Of a DNA stretch of 64,000 bases, positions 52,710 through 64,000 are shown piece by piece (the stretch's first letter is position 1; each line of letters starts with the position of its first letter). The translations under genes were made by a program, and so were the position numbers. The notes beneath the pieces were generated by a model. That model was not told the origin of the DNA, searched no databases, and saw nothing but the letters and a program-made list of their open reading frames with translations. This DNA comes from Paraspadella gotoi (lineage: Eukaryota > Animalia > Chaetognatha). Where the stretch lies: contig CM119263.1 of the NCBI GenBank assembly GCA_051294375.1, positions 25,696,436-25,760,435 of the forward strand, written 5' to 3'.

Positions 52710-55700
52710 ATGTCACTTGGACTAGAAACTCGCTCGGGTTCTGCCGCCCCCTTCTGCCCACGATGTGACTCTCATCTTTCCGAGACGATTTGCATTGGGT
52801 CCGAGTACGAGAGGTAAAGATACTATAATGGTATAACTATTAGTAGATATTCAACTTCGGCCTTGTTTGACAAAATTCTGCTATTAAATAAACTAAAAAT
52901 TGCTTTATTTTTTTATGATTGATATGTGCTGCAAAAAAATGTATTTCAATTTAAGGTGGACCCAATCGAGATCAAACGGTGGGATCAAAACGGATGAAAT
53001 CTTCGCCAAAACTTTGCTCAATTTGTGGGAAAACAACCAACGGTTTCTTACTTTGACCAGAAACGATTCGGGGACGGAGAAAGTCTCGTCAGCGACCAAT
53101 GGTGTTTTCGAAACGTCGGTGATCGTTAAAGAGAATATTGAGGATCGGGGCGGACGAAAGCCCGAGAACGGCGACGACGAATCTGGCAGATCCAAGCGCA
53201 TAATCGGTCCTCCTCGACGCTTCGTGGACTTTTCCCTACGCAAGGATTCTCCTCCACCGAAACGACTTTTTCCCCGTCATTGGGGGGACGGGAACCCCTT
53301 CAAGGGCCGTAGGGAGTCAGCGGATGTTAAGGGCCACGATCCTCCGCCCGTCCCTCACCTCGACATCAAAGGAGGATCATATTCGGCGGCACGAATGGCT
53401 CTTGCAAGCGTTAACGACCGGACCAACGAAAAAATGGGGGAGCTCTCAAACCAGGCCGAGGACAACCTTCTCATTCAGCGATGTCTTCGTCAAGAGGGCG
53501 TTTGGATCAGGGCAAAAGACAAGATTCGCCTCTTGAAGCGGCTCAAAGAAAATCTTACTCAGGATCGCGAGAGCCTCATTCGCGAATTTATAACCAGCCA
53601 TCGGACGACAGCGGACGGTCGCGCGCGGCCCTTGAAAAGTGAAGCGGAAGACCACGAGTGCGAAGGGTCGTTGGCTCTCGGCACGGACCATGACAAGGAG
53701 CTCATCGTCAACGTTGTTCGATCCATGGGTCTCAAATCTCGTCAGCTAAACTACAAGAAAAAAGCTCAGTTGCTAGCGTTGTTGTCCAAAGTCTCTCGAG
53801 AGGACTCGGACAAAAACATTCTCGAGAGTCGACGACGAATCGCGGAAACTTTTCTTTTCGACATTTTCGCCAAGTCGCAGCGTCTCAACGGAATTGTCGA
53901 CGGCGTCGGCGAGGCGGAGAACCTGGACAAAATCGCCAGAAAAAAGTTGAAGGAGAAGCTGAAAAGAATGATGGCTGTGGACGACGACGAAACCTTGAAA
54001 GCCGTCGCCGACGACTTCGTTGCCAAGCTGAAGCGAGAAAAGCAAGATGATGCCAACGAAGGTACACGAGTCGGGAAATCTCTCATCCGTGGCATTAATT
54101 TGATCAATCATTTAAATGTCCTATTTTAAGACGTTTTTTTTTTTTTAATTTTTTTGAAATAAAATGCTTTCAATTTCAAATTTTTCAAAGAGTTTGTCTA
54201 ATAATATCTATCTGGTCCTCTGTTCACACTTATTTTGAATGCAATTGTCAATATTTTCTCCTTACAGGTTCCCCATCGAAGCACCGTCGATGTGATTCTA
54301 TACAGTGGTCTCGTTCATTGACCGACGATCAGGTCATCGATAAGATAGATCCTTCCTCGACAAACTCATCTTCCCCGTGTGCATCGCTTCGTGCCCGCCT
54401 CACGTGCGCCGAATGCAAGAAGACTTGTCGAGATGGCAAAGACTTGCAATGGCACCGACGCTCTATTCACTGCGAGATCGACGCCCAGGTCTGCGTAGAT
54501 TGCTTTATAGTTTTCCACAGCATCGCTCGACTGAAGGACCATTCCTGCGACGCGAAACCGAAGGCCACTCATCCCGCGGAGGAATCGAACGACGAAGAGA
54601 GCGCTTCGTCCAGCGAATCCATTGAATCAGATCGGGTTCCCTCTGAAGATAAGATCAAAGCCGAACCGCTTCCCGTCAAACATCCGCCGCTGAAAATCGC
54701 TCCTATCAAACGAAAAATCGGTCGTCCCACCAAACAGGGCCCAATTCAACTCCACTGCCCTTATCCCAATTGCAACTCCATCCTCTCCAGCAAACCCAGT
54801 CTTTGGCACCACAAGCGCCGCCACCGCATCCACTGCTCCTCGACGCCATTCCGCTGCAACTTTTGCGGTACGCGTTTCGCTGCCAGAAATCTTCTCGTGT
54901 CACACTTTCGAAGAACACATGCGAACGGATCTTCCGGGCTCGATCGTGGTAAAGGTCTCGCGACCTCTACGGCAACGAACAAAAGTAATTTTGGCGAAGC
55001 GGACGATGAATTCTTCGATCACGACGAACGCGAAAGCCCCGACGAAGATCCGCGAGATCGAAAAAATTCCCGTAGCAAAGTATCTAATAAAGCTTCTCGT
55101 AGGAAGATCCCGTCGGGGCAGGCACTCGCTTGCGACCAAGTCATGAGACCCGTCGTTCTGCAGAACCAAGTCGAGGGTGACTCGGAATTTGTCGGAAAAA
55201 CAGACACTGAATCCGCCGGCCAAGTGGCGGTTTACGTTTCGAGCGGTGGATGGCAATGCGGGCTTAGTTCTCAAGTTTTTGACGATGATGGACGTGAGCA
55301 ACAACAACAAGTCGACGATGAGGAACCCGCCGAAGATATTTCCGACCAATCAACGGAGTTTTTCAGAGAAGACGTTCACGAATATGACGAAACGGAGGAA
55401 TTGGAAGAGTCGAATGCGACGAGCCACTTAAGCGAGACCCCGCCTATGGAACGAGAAGAAGGACGGTTCGAAACAGTGCGGGTCAACAGGACCTCGTCCG
55501 AAATTGATTCTTTTCCGTCCAATAACGCGATGTCTGAAAATGTTTCATCGAAAAATTCTTGTGAAAAAACATTTAACATATTTCAAGAATTGTCAAAGCC
55601 GAATTTCGTGGAGACGGCGAAGGCAAGAAGCGTTTCGAGTCAAAGTTCGGTGAGTGAAGATACCGAACCTGACCCGAAAGTTGAAATGCCAAATTTAGAA

Positions 55701-56381
55701 AAATACTTCACGTCCGACATGGTTATACATGATGAAGTTTTTGAAAGATCGGACGTTGCCGATGTCTCCATTCATTCGAAGCGTCTTCCTAACTTGTGCG
55801 CTGCCGAAGCATATTCAAATAGAGAGGTATACAGCAAACTTGGGATCTCGAAACGTGAATCCTCTGGAAAAACGTTTCAACCAGATGGTGCTGATAAAAC
55901 CAAAACGGCTGATTCGCGAAAGGACGTTTTGGCCAACTCTTCATCCCGGGATGATTCACCTCCCGTTTCCCCGGCCGACTTTACCGCAAATTCGCAAGCG
56001 ATAATGTCGTCAGATATTTCGTTGAAGTTGTCTCTCCCAACGAATCCCAAGTCGGCCGTGAGTGAGCCGCTGCTTCCATCGGATAGCTTCCACGTGGCGC
56101 GGGAGGAGTTCGTTGGCGAGGAAACTTCGTCGACGGAGGACGTGCCTTTAATCCTCGACTCTGTCTCATGCGAAGCCATCGAGGAGAATGACGATGGCGA
56201 TGACGAAGCCCCGACCGCATTAGACGGAGATTCAAACGTTTTCGCCGTTCAGTGCGACGACGAGTTGCTTCGGAGGATCGTCGCCACGAATTGCGATCAC
56301 GATTACTCAGCGGGCGATTACGAAATTTTCGTTTCAGTTTTGACGACAGACAACAAAATAATGAAGTTTGTCATCGAGTGA
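52710..56381 (+). CDS. C2H2 zinc-finger protein
   Basis: Exons 52710-52813, 52956-54061, 54268-56381 join in frame. Fingers CAECKK..HRRSIH, CVDC..HSC, CPYPNC..HKRRH and CNFC..HFRRTH; acidic tail with DHDY. Confidence 0.8.
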
Positions 56382-56749
56382 AAATGAAAGTCTAAAGTCG
56401 ATTCATGTGATTTACTTTTTTTTTAAATTTTGTGTCAAAAATGTGCGGTTGGCACTAAAGAAAAACTTTATTTTGATTTACCATAATTTGTGACCATTTT
56501 TTGTCAATACATCTGTGATTGATGCTAAAGGAGTTTTTCGAGTTTGTCATTACTTTCACAAACCAGAGCTGATCTCGATAAATGCAATTACTTGATTCGT
56601 TCGTTTGTCCGCGACCAATAAAACGACGTTATTACAATATATTTTATTTAATAATCCGAAATACCGTGTACCTGTCGAATTTTGATGCATCGCTCATCTT
56701 AACGTGATTGTATTTCTAAATGATGCAATTTTTGGGATGCTACGTAATA

Positions 56750-57462
56750 CAGGGTCCGCGCGCTCTTTTGGAAATAAATTTGGGTCTTTATTACCTGAAA
56801 ACCGTTGTATGTAGATTAAAATCGATTGTTTATTGGAAAACCCTTGGTCGTAGCTTTCAGTCGATGCCCAAAATGTTTAAAAATTTTGATAGAATAATGG
56901 CCTAATTAACACTTTTAAATGACATATTCGTTTCTTTCTGCGCGCGAAGAGATGATTTTCACGACTTTGTCAAACTTTATACCCATGTCAGTAGGTTTAA
57001 AATATTGATCTTTTTTTCAAAAATGGCTTTCAGTCGATACCCGATACATTATAAAAATTAATTGATAGATGGAAGAGATAACCCTTTTATTCACCATGTT
57101 TTTTAAGGCTTATTAAAGAAGAGGTTAAAAAAATTACTAAATTTTTATTGCAAACTGTATTTTTGAGTACCCCAAGGACATAAGAATTATACTTAAAAGT
57201 ATTTTGTTCCGGAATTAGTTTAATAAGACATCAACCAATATTGAAACAACATTACATCGTTACTGACTTAGCAGTTGCAAAAAACTGTCCTTCCCTTCAT
57301 AGTCATTTATCGAAAGCGATAATTGTAAACTCGTATTATGATAGTGGAAGCATGTTCCTGAAACATTTTCTCACAATCATGTCAATTTTTAAGAAAAATA
57401 ATTAATTTTTACTACTTCAAATAAATTTTTAAAATTATTCCCAAAAGAGCGCGCGGACCCGG
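56750..57462. mobile_element. Tc1/mariner-type MITE (713 bp)
   Basis: TA|CAGGGTCCGCGCGCTCTTTTGGAAATAA ... TTATTCCCAAAAGAGCGCGCGGACCCGG|TA: 28-bp TIR with 2 mismatches and a TA target-site duplication; no transposase. Confidence 0.85.
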
Positions 57463-58059
57463 TAGTTCTCTATGAACCGGTTCCATGACAGTGAAGGAGT
57501 ACATTTCGGTTTCGCGTTTTTATTGTGACAGTCTGGTTTATTTAATCTTTTGTTACCGTATTTTTCGTGCCATTTCTTCTAGGAAAGATTACCTTCGATC
57601 AACTGCTATTAGAAGAGCTATCGACATCCTCATCTGCAGCGTAAGGGCCGGCCATTGATGCCGAAAGGAGGTCCTTCCGAGTCACGACTAAAGGCCAAAA
57701 CTGATGATTTTCGGCTATGAAACTAACCCGACATCTAAAAGTACATATGTTGACTCCAAAGACGAAGATCGGAAATGTTTACCTATTTAATTTAAAAATA
57801 AAGGCCTCGTGGGATTGGGATGATTGATACTATAAATAATATTTATTAAATATTGAATTTATTAAATATTTATGGTTGCATATGGCTAAAAAGTTATACT
57901 ACAAAATCGACTCAACATAATTGTCATTTTTAAAAACTTGTTCTATATTTTATACTTCTGTAGATGTTTTGTGTAATTCTTTAAATGATTAATAAAACTA
58001 AGTAATATAATCGTTTGTTTTTCTAAGTTCTGTAAACGGCAGAAACTCGTCAACAATGT

Positions 58060-60936
58060 TTTATTCATCTAAGGGCCACAAAATTAATATTCTTTTTACA
58101 CGATTCATAACACAGCCCGCTGACGATAAGTCCATAGCTTTTTTTCTCGAGATTTTTGATAAATCTATTGCCACCTGTCAGGTTAGGTTTAAACAAAGAA
58201 GAAAAGTTAACTGTTACTAACAATTAGTTTAAAAAGAAAATTATTGAATACCTCACTGATAACGAATGTATAAAGGATGTATCATCTAAAATTTCGGAAC
58301 CGTCATCTAAAAAAATGAATTTCACGAAAAAAGTGGCTTTAAAAATTCAGATCTGGCGGCAGGCATTCCAACAGGCTAACAGGCAGACGAAAATTCAAAC
58401 AATTTCTCAATCACGATATGTTGACAACATTGTTGTTTCGTGGGATCCAGAGCAATGCTGACAGCGATGCATGATAGTAAGAATTAATATGAGAATTTAT
58501 ATTACAAAAGTACAAGTTGATATTTCGATTCGACATGAGAGGAAGTTACATAACAGAAAGCGACGACCTTCAGAAATTTTCAGTGAGTTTTTTACCTGTA
58601 AATTTAGGAGCGTTTTGTGTTTCCAAATTTTGATACTCCTCCTCGAATTGTTCAAAAGACACTAAAATAAGAAAAATACAAGTGATTTCAAGAAATTTCA
58701 AGCACTGTGAGATAACTATGTAAGATTTTAACTTGGTATGGAAGAGTTAGTATTTCTTTGTCGAAATGACCAATTATCGTGCGTTGAATTGTTGTTTATC
58801 GAGTTTCCTTAAAAACGCGAGAGAAAAAAATATTTCTGTTTTATGATTATGATTAACATATATTTAATAATTGTGTGCAACTGTGCATATCACCCCTTCA
58901 CGATCAACGATTATATAAACTTTATTGTTGTATACTTTTACCGGTTTTTCCACCGGCTTTATTGTGTTGACATCCTCCTGCACAATTCTCGCATCCACTG
59001 TCGCCACAGTATTTTTCACAAATAGATACCCCATCAATCATGAAATTACAGCCTTGACCCTGTTGTCAATTACAAATAGTTTTTTTGGGAGGTAGTCTTT
59101 ATTAATTAGTCGTTTAGTAATTATTTTTAATTTCTAATTCAACACATTAATAGGAAACAAACTACTCAATACTCTTACCTCAACAGCTGGTTTTTGGAGG
59201 AATTCTGAAAAGTCCGTTTCGTAATGGACTTTTTTCCCAAGAGCTTCCTTCAGCTAAAAACGAAAATAGATTATTTGATAGTTATTTTTTTTTGGTTAAA
59301 AATGTCTAAATTTTTTAAGTATTACATTGTCCGTTGATGTTCTCGGCTTCACAGTCTTGACTGGTGGCGGAATTTGGCGTTCTTCTTCAGGAGGCTTCAT
59401 TCGTAATCTCGCGTCTAAGGCGAATTGGCATTGCTTATTAGTTATTTTATGTATGAAAATATGATAATTTTATTTTATATCAATAATGACAGTAACATAC
59501 ATCAGTAACAAAATAAACCAAACAAATAAAAATAGAATTGTGTGGCGGTATATTCACACCGCCTCACGTCCACCATTGGTTCAGAGGGGGAACGCACCAT
59601 CCCACTCCCAGGCGTTGCGTTCCATCCACAGTAGGGTGGAGTGATGAAAAGATTAAGCGATTGAACATTATTTTTTTCTTGCTTATGGACATGTAATTAA
59701 AAACTTTAAAATTTTTTTAAGCATAACAGTAAAGTAAATTTAATTATTTATGTAGTAATATCCTTATAAAATTTTAAAATATTTTTTTTATTTTAAGAAC
59801 AGATTTGGATTCATTATAAAAAATTTTAATCATTTTTACCATGATGGGAAAAAAATGTCGCGGTTATTTTCCAGCTATTTTTTAGCATTTTAATGTGAGA
59901 ATCGAAAAATAAAATTTACATATTAAAAAACTGGCTTTTTGTGATTTATATGAGCTGTGTTTCATTTATGTATGACAAAAAATACAAGAGTTCCATACAA
60001 AAGAAAATGAGTTGTCCAAAAAAATGCTTCCTTCTTTTTTTATCTTTTTTATATCTATACTTTATCTAAATATCCTTGTTTAATCACTCAAATAATTTTT
60101 TTTGTTCTTGAGTGCTCCACTCTAATCCACAGTCCTCACGACTTCCCTCTGTGTTGGTAAAGCGAGACCGTCCTAGGGTAACCGCACCAGTGACTGGAGG
60201 CGTCACTGAGGGTCGGAAGCCCCCAAAGCCAACAGTGAAATTCCCCATCCTAATGGGCATCACAGACAATCCGTCTGTTGCCATAATTGCTTCCTTCTTT
60301 ATTATAAAATTCATTTCGTTAAGAAGTGGGAAAAAAATTCTCGGGGGGGGGGGTAAAATAAATTGAAAGAAAATAAGTACAAAAAATTAACCAATTACTC
60401 GGTCTAATTCTAAATGCCAATATTTTCAAAGCATTCAAACAATCAATACCTTCGTTCGCTCTCGCCATCAATTCGTCGGGATCGATCGTTCCCTTCGGCT
60501 TCTTCGCGTCCATAAGGATCGACATTCCCGTTTGATCCGTCGGAAGCATGATCGGTTCTCCCATGTTGAACGGCTTTGGTTTTCTATTGCCTTCCGGTTC
60601 GCTCGGTTCGTCCGCTACGCTTTCCTGCAAAGTCGCCCGCGGAGGTTCCACACCCATGACATCGACTTCAACTTCCTCGCCGGCTGCCTCGTCGCCGAAG
60701 TCCGTCGGTTCAGGCAGGGCGACGGGTTTCTGATTGTCGACCGCCATTGTAATATCGCCGATTCTGATCGTTTCGAAATCAGGTTGCGTCACGGTGTACA
60801 CGCTTCTGTCCGGCGGAAAGTCCATAATGTTGACTGGTCCTCCGGAATGAGTGTCCTCGAGAACGTGTTTCGATATTGGGCGTTCGACTTGCGACATCAC
60901 TTCCTCTATTGTTATCTCCTCGGGAATTCCTTCCAT
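58060..60936 (-). CDS. Uncharacterised multi-exon gene (acidic N-terminus, Cys-rich exon)
   Basis: ATG exon 60936-60450, then splice-bounded open exons at about 59414-59326, 59253-59179 and 59059-58942 (ICEKYCGDSGCENCAGGC). 3' end uncertain. Confidence 0.5.
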
Positions 60937-61401
60937 TTCGTCTTCGAATGTGTCTTGATTCGAACTATGGTTATCGTATTTATTTATATAAATATTGAGC
61001 GGCTTATTTTTTTCCCCTTCTTATGAGCAACGTATAGAAATGTTACGCCAAATTAAAAAAAAAAAAATACTGATGAGGGTAGAAAAACTTTTTATTACAA
61101 ATCCCTAACCACCCTTAACCCTAACCCCCCTAATCCCTATCCTTAACCCAATTGCTAAAAGATATAACATAAAACTATTTTGGGTAACTTTACTATTCGA
61201 TGTCTGCAACCGGTCGGTGCTTTGTTTTGTTTTCCTTCTTTTTGAGCAGTGAGATTTCTATACGTCACTCAAGAAGTGAAAAAAAAAAAAAAAAAACCAA
61301 CCGCAAAATCCCGGTCAGCGAATGTAAAAATAAGCTAATATTTTTTTTCCTTTCCTTTCTTTTCCTTGTTTGTTTGTGTACAATGAGTTTTGTTAAGAAA
61401 C

Positions 61402-61539
61402 TATGGTGGACTAAAATCCACCAACCATTCATCAGCGGCCATTGATGCCGGAGGCAAGTCATTCGCCTCCTAACCCAAAGGTCCAGGGTTCTAGCCCAGT
61501 GGTCGTCTAGCAGTTAAGGACGGGGCACTTAACCCGCCA
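61402..61539 (+). repeat. tRNA-derived SINE-like repeat, copy 2
   Basis: Core 61435-61507 has an acceptor-like stem GCGGCCA/TGGTCGT and B-box-like GGTTCTAGCC; the anticodon arm does not pair. Confidence 0.7.
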
Positions 61540-62169
61540 TCCGAAAGACAACAGCAACAACACTTTCAGGCGACATGCCTCAACTTGGTAATGAACTTTC
61601 CATCCACAACAATAATTCACTCAAGAGACGCAAGAGACTTCTCCCTACATAAACAATTCATTTTCTACCTCAAACATAAAAATAACAATTAAAATAAATT
61701 TAAAACAATTATTATTTATTATAAAATTATAAAATTTTTATTACTGAATAAAAAAAATATATGTCATTATCTTATAAGAGTGATGGAGGCCTTAAACCAC
61801 CAAAGCCTGTCCAAAGTCAGGGGCAAGATAGCTTATTTATTAAATGAATGGATAATTTTTATATTGGTTGTACCAATTTCATATATTATTTCGCAAACTG
61901 AGACTCGACGCTTGAGAGAAAACGAAATTAAATGGATTAAAAAAGCACCGACCGGTAGTAGCTAAAGTTGGTTGCGGACGTCGAATAGTAAAGTTACCCC
62001 ATTTGGCTATAGAAAAATAATTTTTCTTCATCTTAGTAAAATTATAGCAAAATTACAGATGTACATTTTACAGTTACAGGTTGCTTACTTTTATAAACTT
62101 TAAATATGAAAAGAAAGCGATCAACAGATGTCTCATCCCAGACAATCCTTCAGCCTTCGAACTCTTTTC

Positions 62170-64000
62170 TCACAGCCGATACCTATGAGGCGTATCCACC
62201 TCCCCGTAGAGCTCCGTCATCGCGATGTTGTAGTCTGTGTTGAATTCCAAGATGGCGGACATGAATCGTTGGTTCTCCCTCTCTTGCATCATCATCTCTT
62301 CTTCCGCGACCCGCTCTTTGAACGATTGCATCTTCTCCCTCAATTGTTGCTTTTGTACGGTTGGTCTCTCGTCGTTTTGTGTCAGTATGGCCGATTCTAC
62401 AGTCGAGATTTATAATTTTGAATGATCTATATCGCGTTTGTTGAGCATTTATCGGGCGGCTTACCTTTTGCGTGGATACCTCCGTCCGCCAGACTGTATC
62501 CTTCTCCTCTTAACATTAACCAGTCGATCCACTAAAGATAATAGATTATTTTTTGGCTGAGGAAGGAGGATACTGCCCTAACAACGAATATAAAGATAAA
62601 AAAAGTTTAGTTAGAATTTCACCGACCTCGTCAAGTGTTTCATGATGGCAAAACATTCCACCCAGTATTTCATCCATATATGAATCGAAAACCTGACCAA
62701 CATAAACTCCAGAATTCGCGTTATAATTGGAATCTGTTAACTCGTTATTTTCATTTGTGTCGGTTGCATTCCCCTGGTTTTTTTGGTTTCTTAAAAGCTT
62801 CAACAGATCAAATTCCAGGCTATCTCCATCTAATGATTGAGAACCAACTTTGGAATCTGATAATTTCTCGGATTCATCTGCTGAAAATAAGGACAAAGAG
62901 TTTATCAACTTTTTTAAAAAAGTAATTATTTGTTGGCTTAATCTTGCTTCCAAAGAAACAACTACTATTTTACATTTTAGAATGAAGTCATGTCATATAC
63001 AAGTTATTTTTATTATATACCTTGAGCAGGCTTACTGATAATTTTTTCACCAAGGAACTGGGTATAATCTTTATCATTCTCCAAAGCATCCAAGAAGCTA
63101 TCTTTATATTGTGCTGCGTTAAAACCAGATTTATCGACACGAGAATGCTTCTCAAAAATATCCAAATCATCAGTATAATGCATGTCTTTTGGAAATAATA
63201 TTTGGTACTCGGGTTCTGAGTGCATATTTATTTCCTGAGACTTATTCAGATCTATAGCATCCACAAATGGCTTTGAAAGGTCAGCTGTTTTTTCCAATTC
63301 GCCGGTATCAAATGCATTAACATTCGCCATTTCTCCAGTTTGCCGTTCTTTATTTTTCGAAGGAGCAAATTGTCCACCACAACCTTTACATCCGGCACAT
63401 TGTAGTTTTTTGCACCATTTTAAACAGTCGTTAAGATTTTTTCCACAGCAAAACCTAAGGAGAAATAATTACTCCAACTTAATTTCCAAAACCCCAGGCC
63501 TTTACTTACATTGCATCTTTCGGATCCGGTATTGGCCGAGCCTCCATTCTAGCGTTATAGTCTTGCTCAAAATCACTTAAAAAATTTCTAAATGCTTCGA
63601 GTTGCATTTCCTCTTTCTTATTATCCTCTTTGATAATAACTTCGAATCCACTTTGACGCTTTTTATAGCGGTCTAATCTAAAGATTTTCAATATGAAATA
63701 TTTTTTTAAAATAACAATTTTTTCCTGTAAATAGTTACTTGTATTGAATTTTGAGCTTATCAATCCAAGCATTCAAGTTTCCTCCTTGTGAGAGTGAATC
63801 ATCTACGATTAAATCGTTCATATTATTTAATTATTAGTCTCAATGTTATTTATTGTGTTATTTATTACCTTCGCCATTTTTTAAAGAATTTTCATTTTGA
63901 GAACGATTTTGTTGAGTCAAACCACCTAAATTATCAACATTATTTTCATTGCCGTTGCCATAAAGTAATTTTGAAGCGTTGCTGCTAGTAGTTGATCCGT
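62170..64000 (-). CDS. Uncharacterised multi-exon gene, 3' part (5' end probably outside the window)
   Basis: Splice-bounded open exons at about 63675-63510, 63454-63021, 62880-62625, 62532-62465 and 62396-62170 (stop TGA); Cys motif and an internal repeat. Confidence 0.55.

Noticed and set aside
57700-57725. CTGATGA...GAAAC hammerhead-like spacing
   Set aside because: No stem II or stem I pairing.
61435-61507. Functional tRNA gene (anticodon CCT)
   Set aside because: The anticodon stem does not pair and the second copy has a different triplet; treated as a tRNA-derived repeat.

Overview
Eukaryotic (almost certainly invertebrate animal) draft-assembly window with GC-rich exons, AT-rich GT-AG introns, (GA)n microsatellites and two N gaps. 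The unspliced ORF track is mostly misleading, so gene models were built by hand from splice sites. Left to right: an F-box ORF, a C/EBP-type bZIP gene and an intronless, HSE-driven HSP70 gene. This block appears twice in tandem, and the second copy is an indel-riddled duplicate that is most likely an assembly artefact. Next come a transglutaminase with a long low-complexity N-terminus, a NIPSNAP gene, and a minus-strand multi-exon gene combining a J-domain (HPD), four CCCH zinc fingers and a UIM. Then a tightly packed plus-strand run (UBXN6, RING-H2 E3, Vac8-like armadillo protein, Rap2, C2H2 zinc-finger protein) and two uncharacterised minus-strand genes sharing a Cys motif. Non-coding DNA holds several type I hammerhead ribozyme motifs (Penelope-like, some on both arms of short foldback elements, one in a 141-bp insertion with a 13-bp TSD), a Tc1/mariner-type MITE, tRNA-derived repeats and Helentron-like ends. 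Most interesting: the J-domain/CCCH/UIM protein and the hammerhead-bounded mini-elements. No database search was run.
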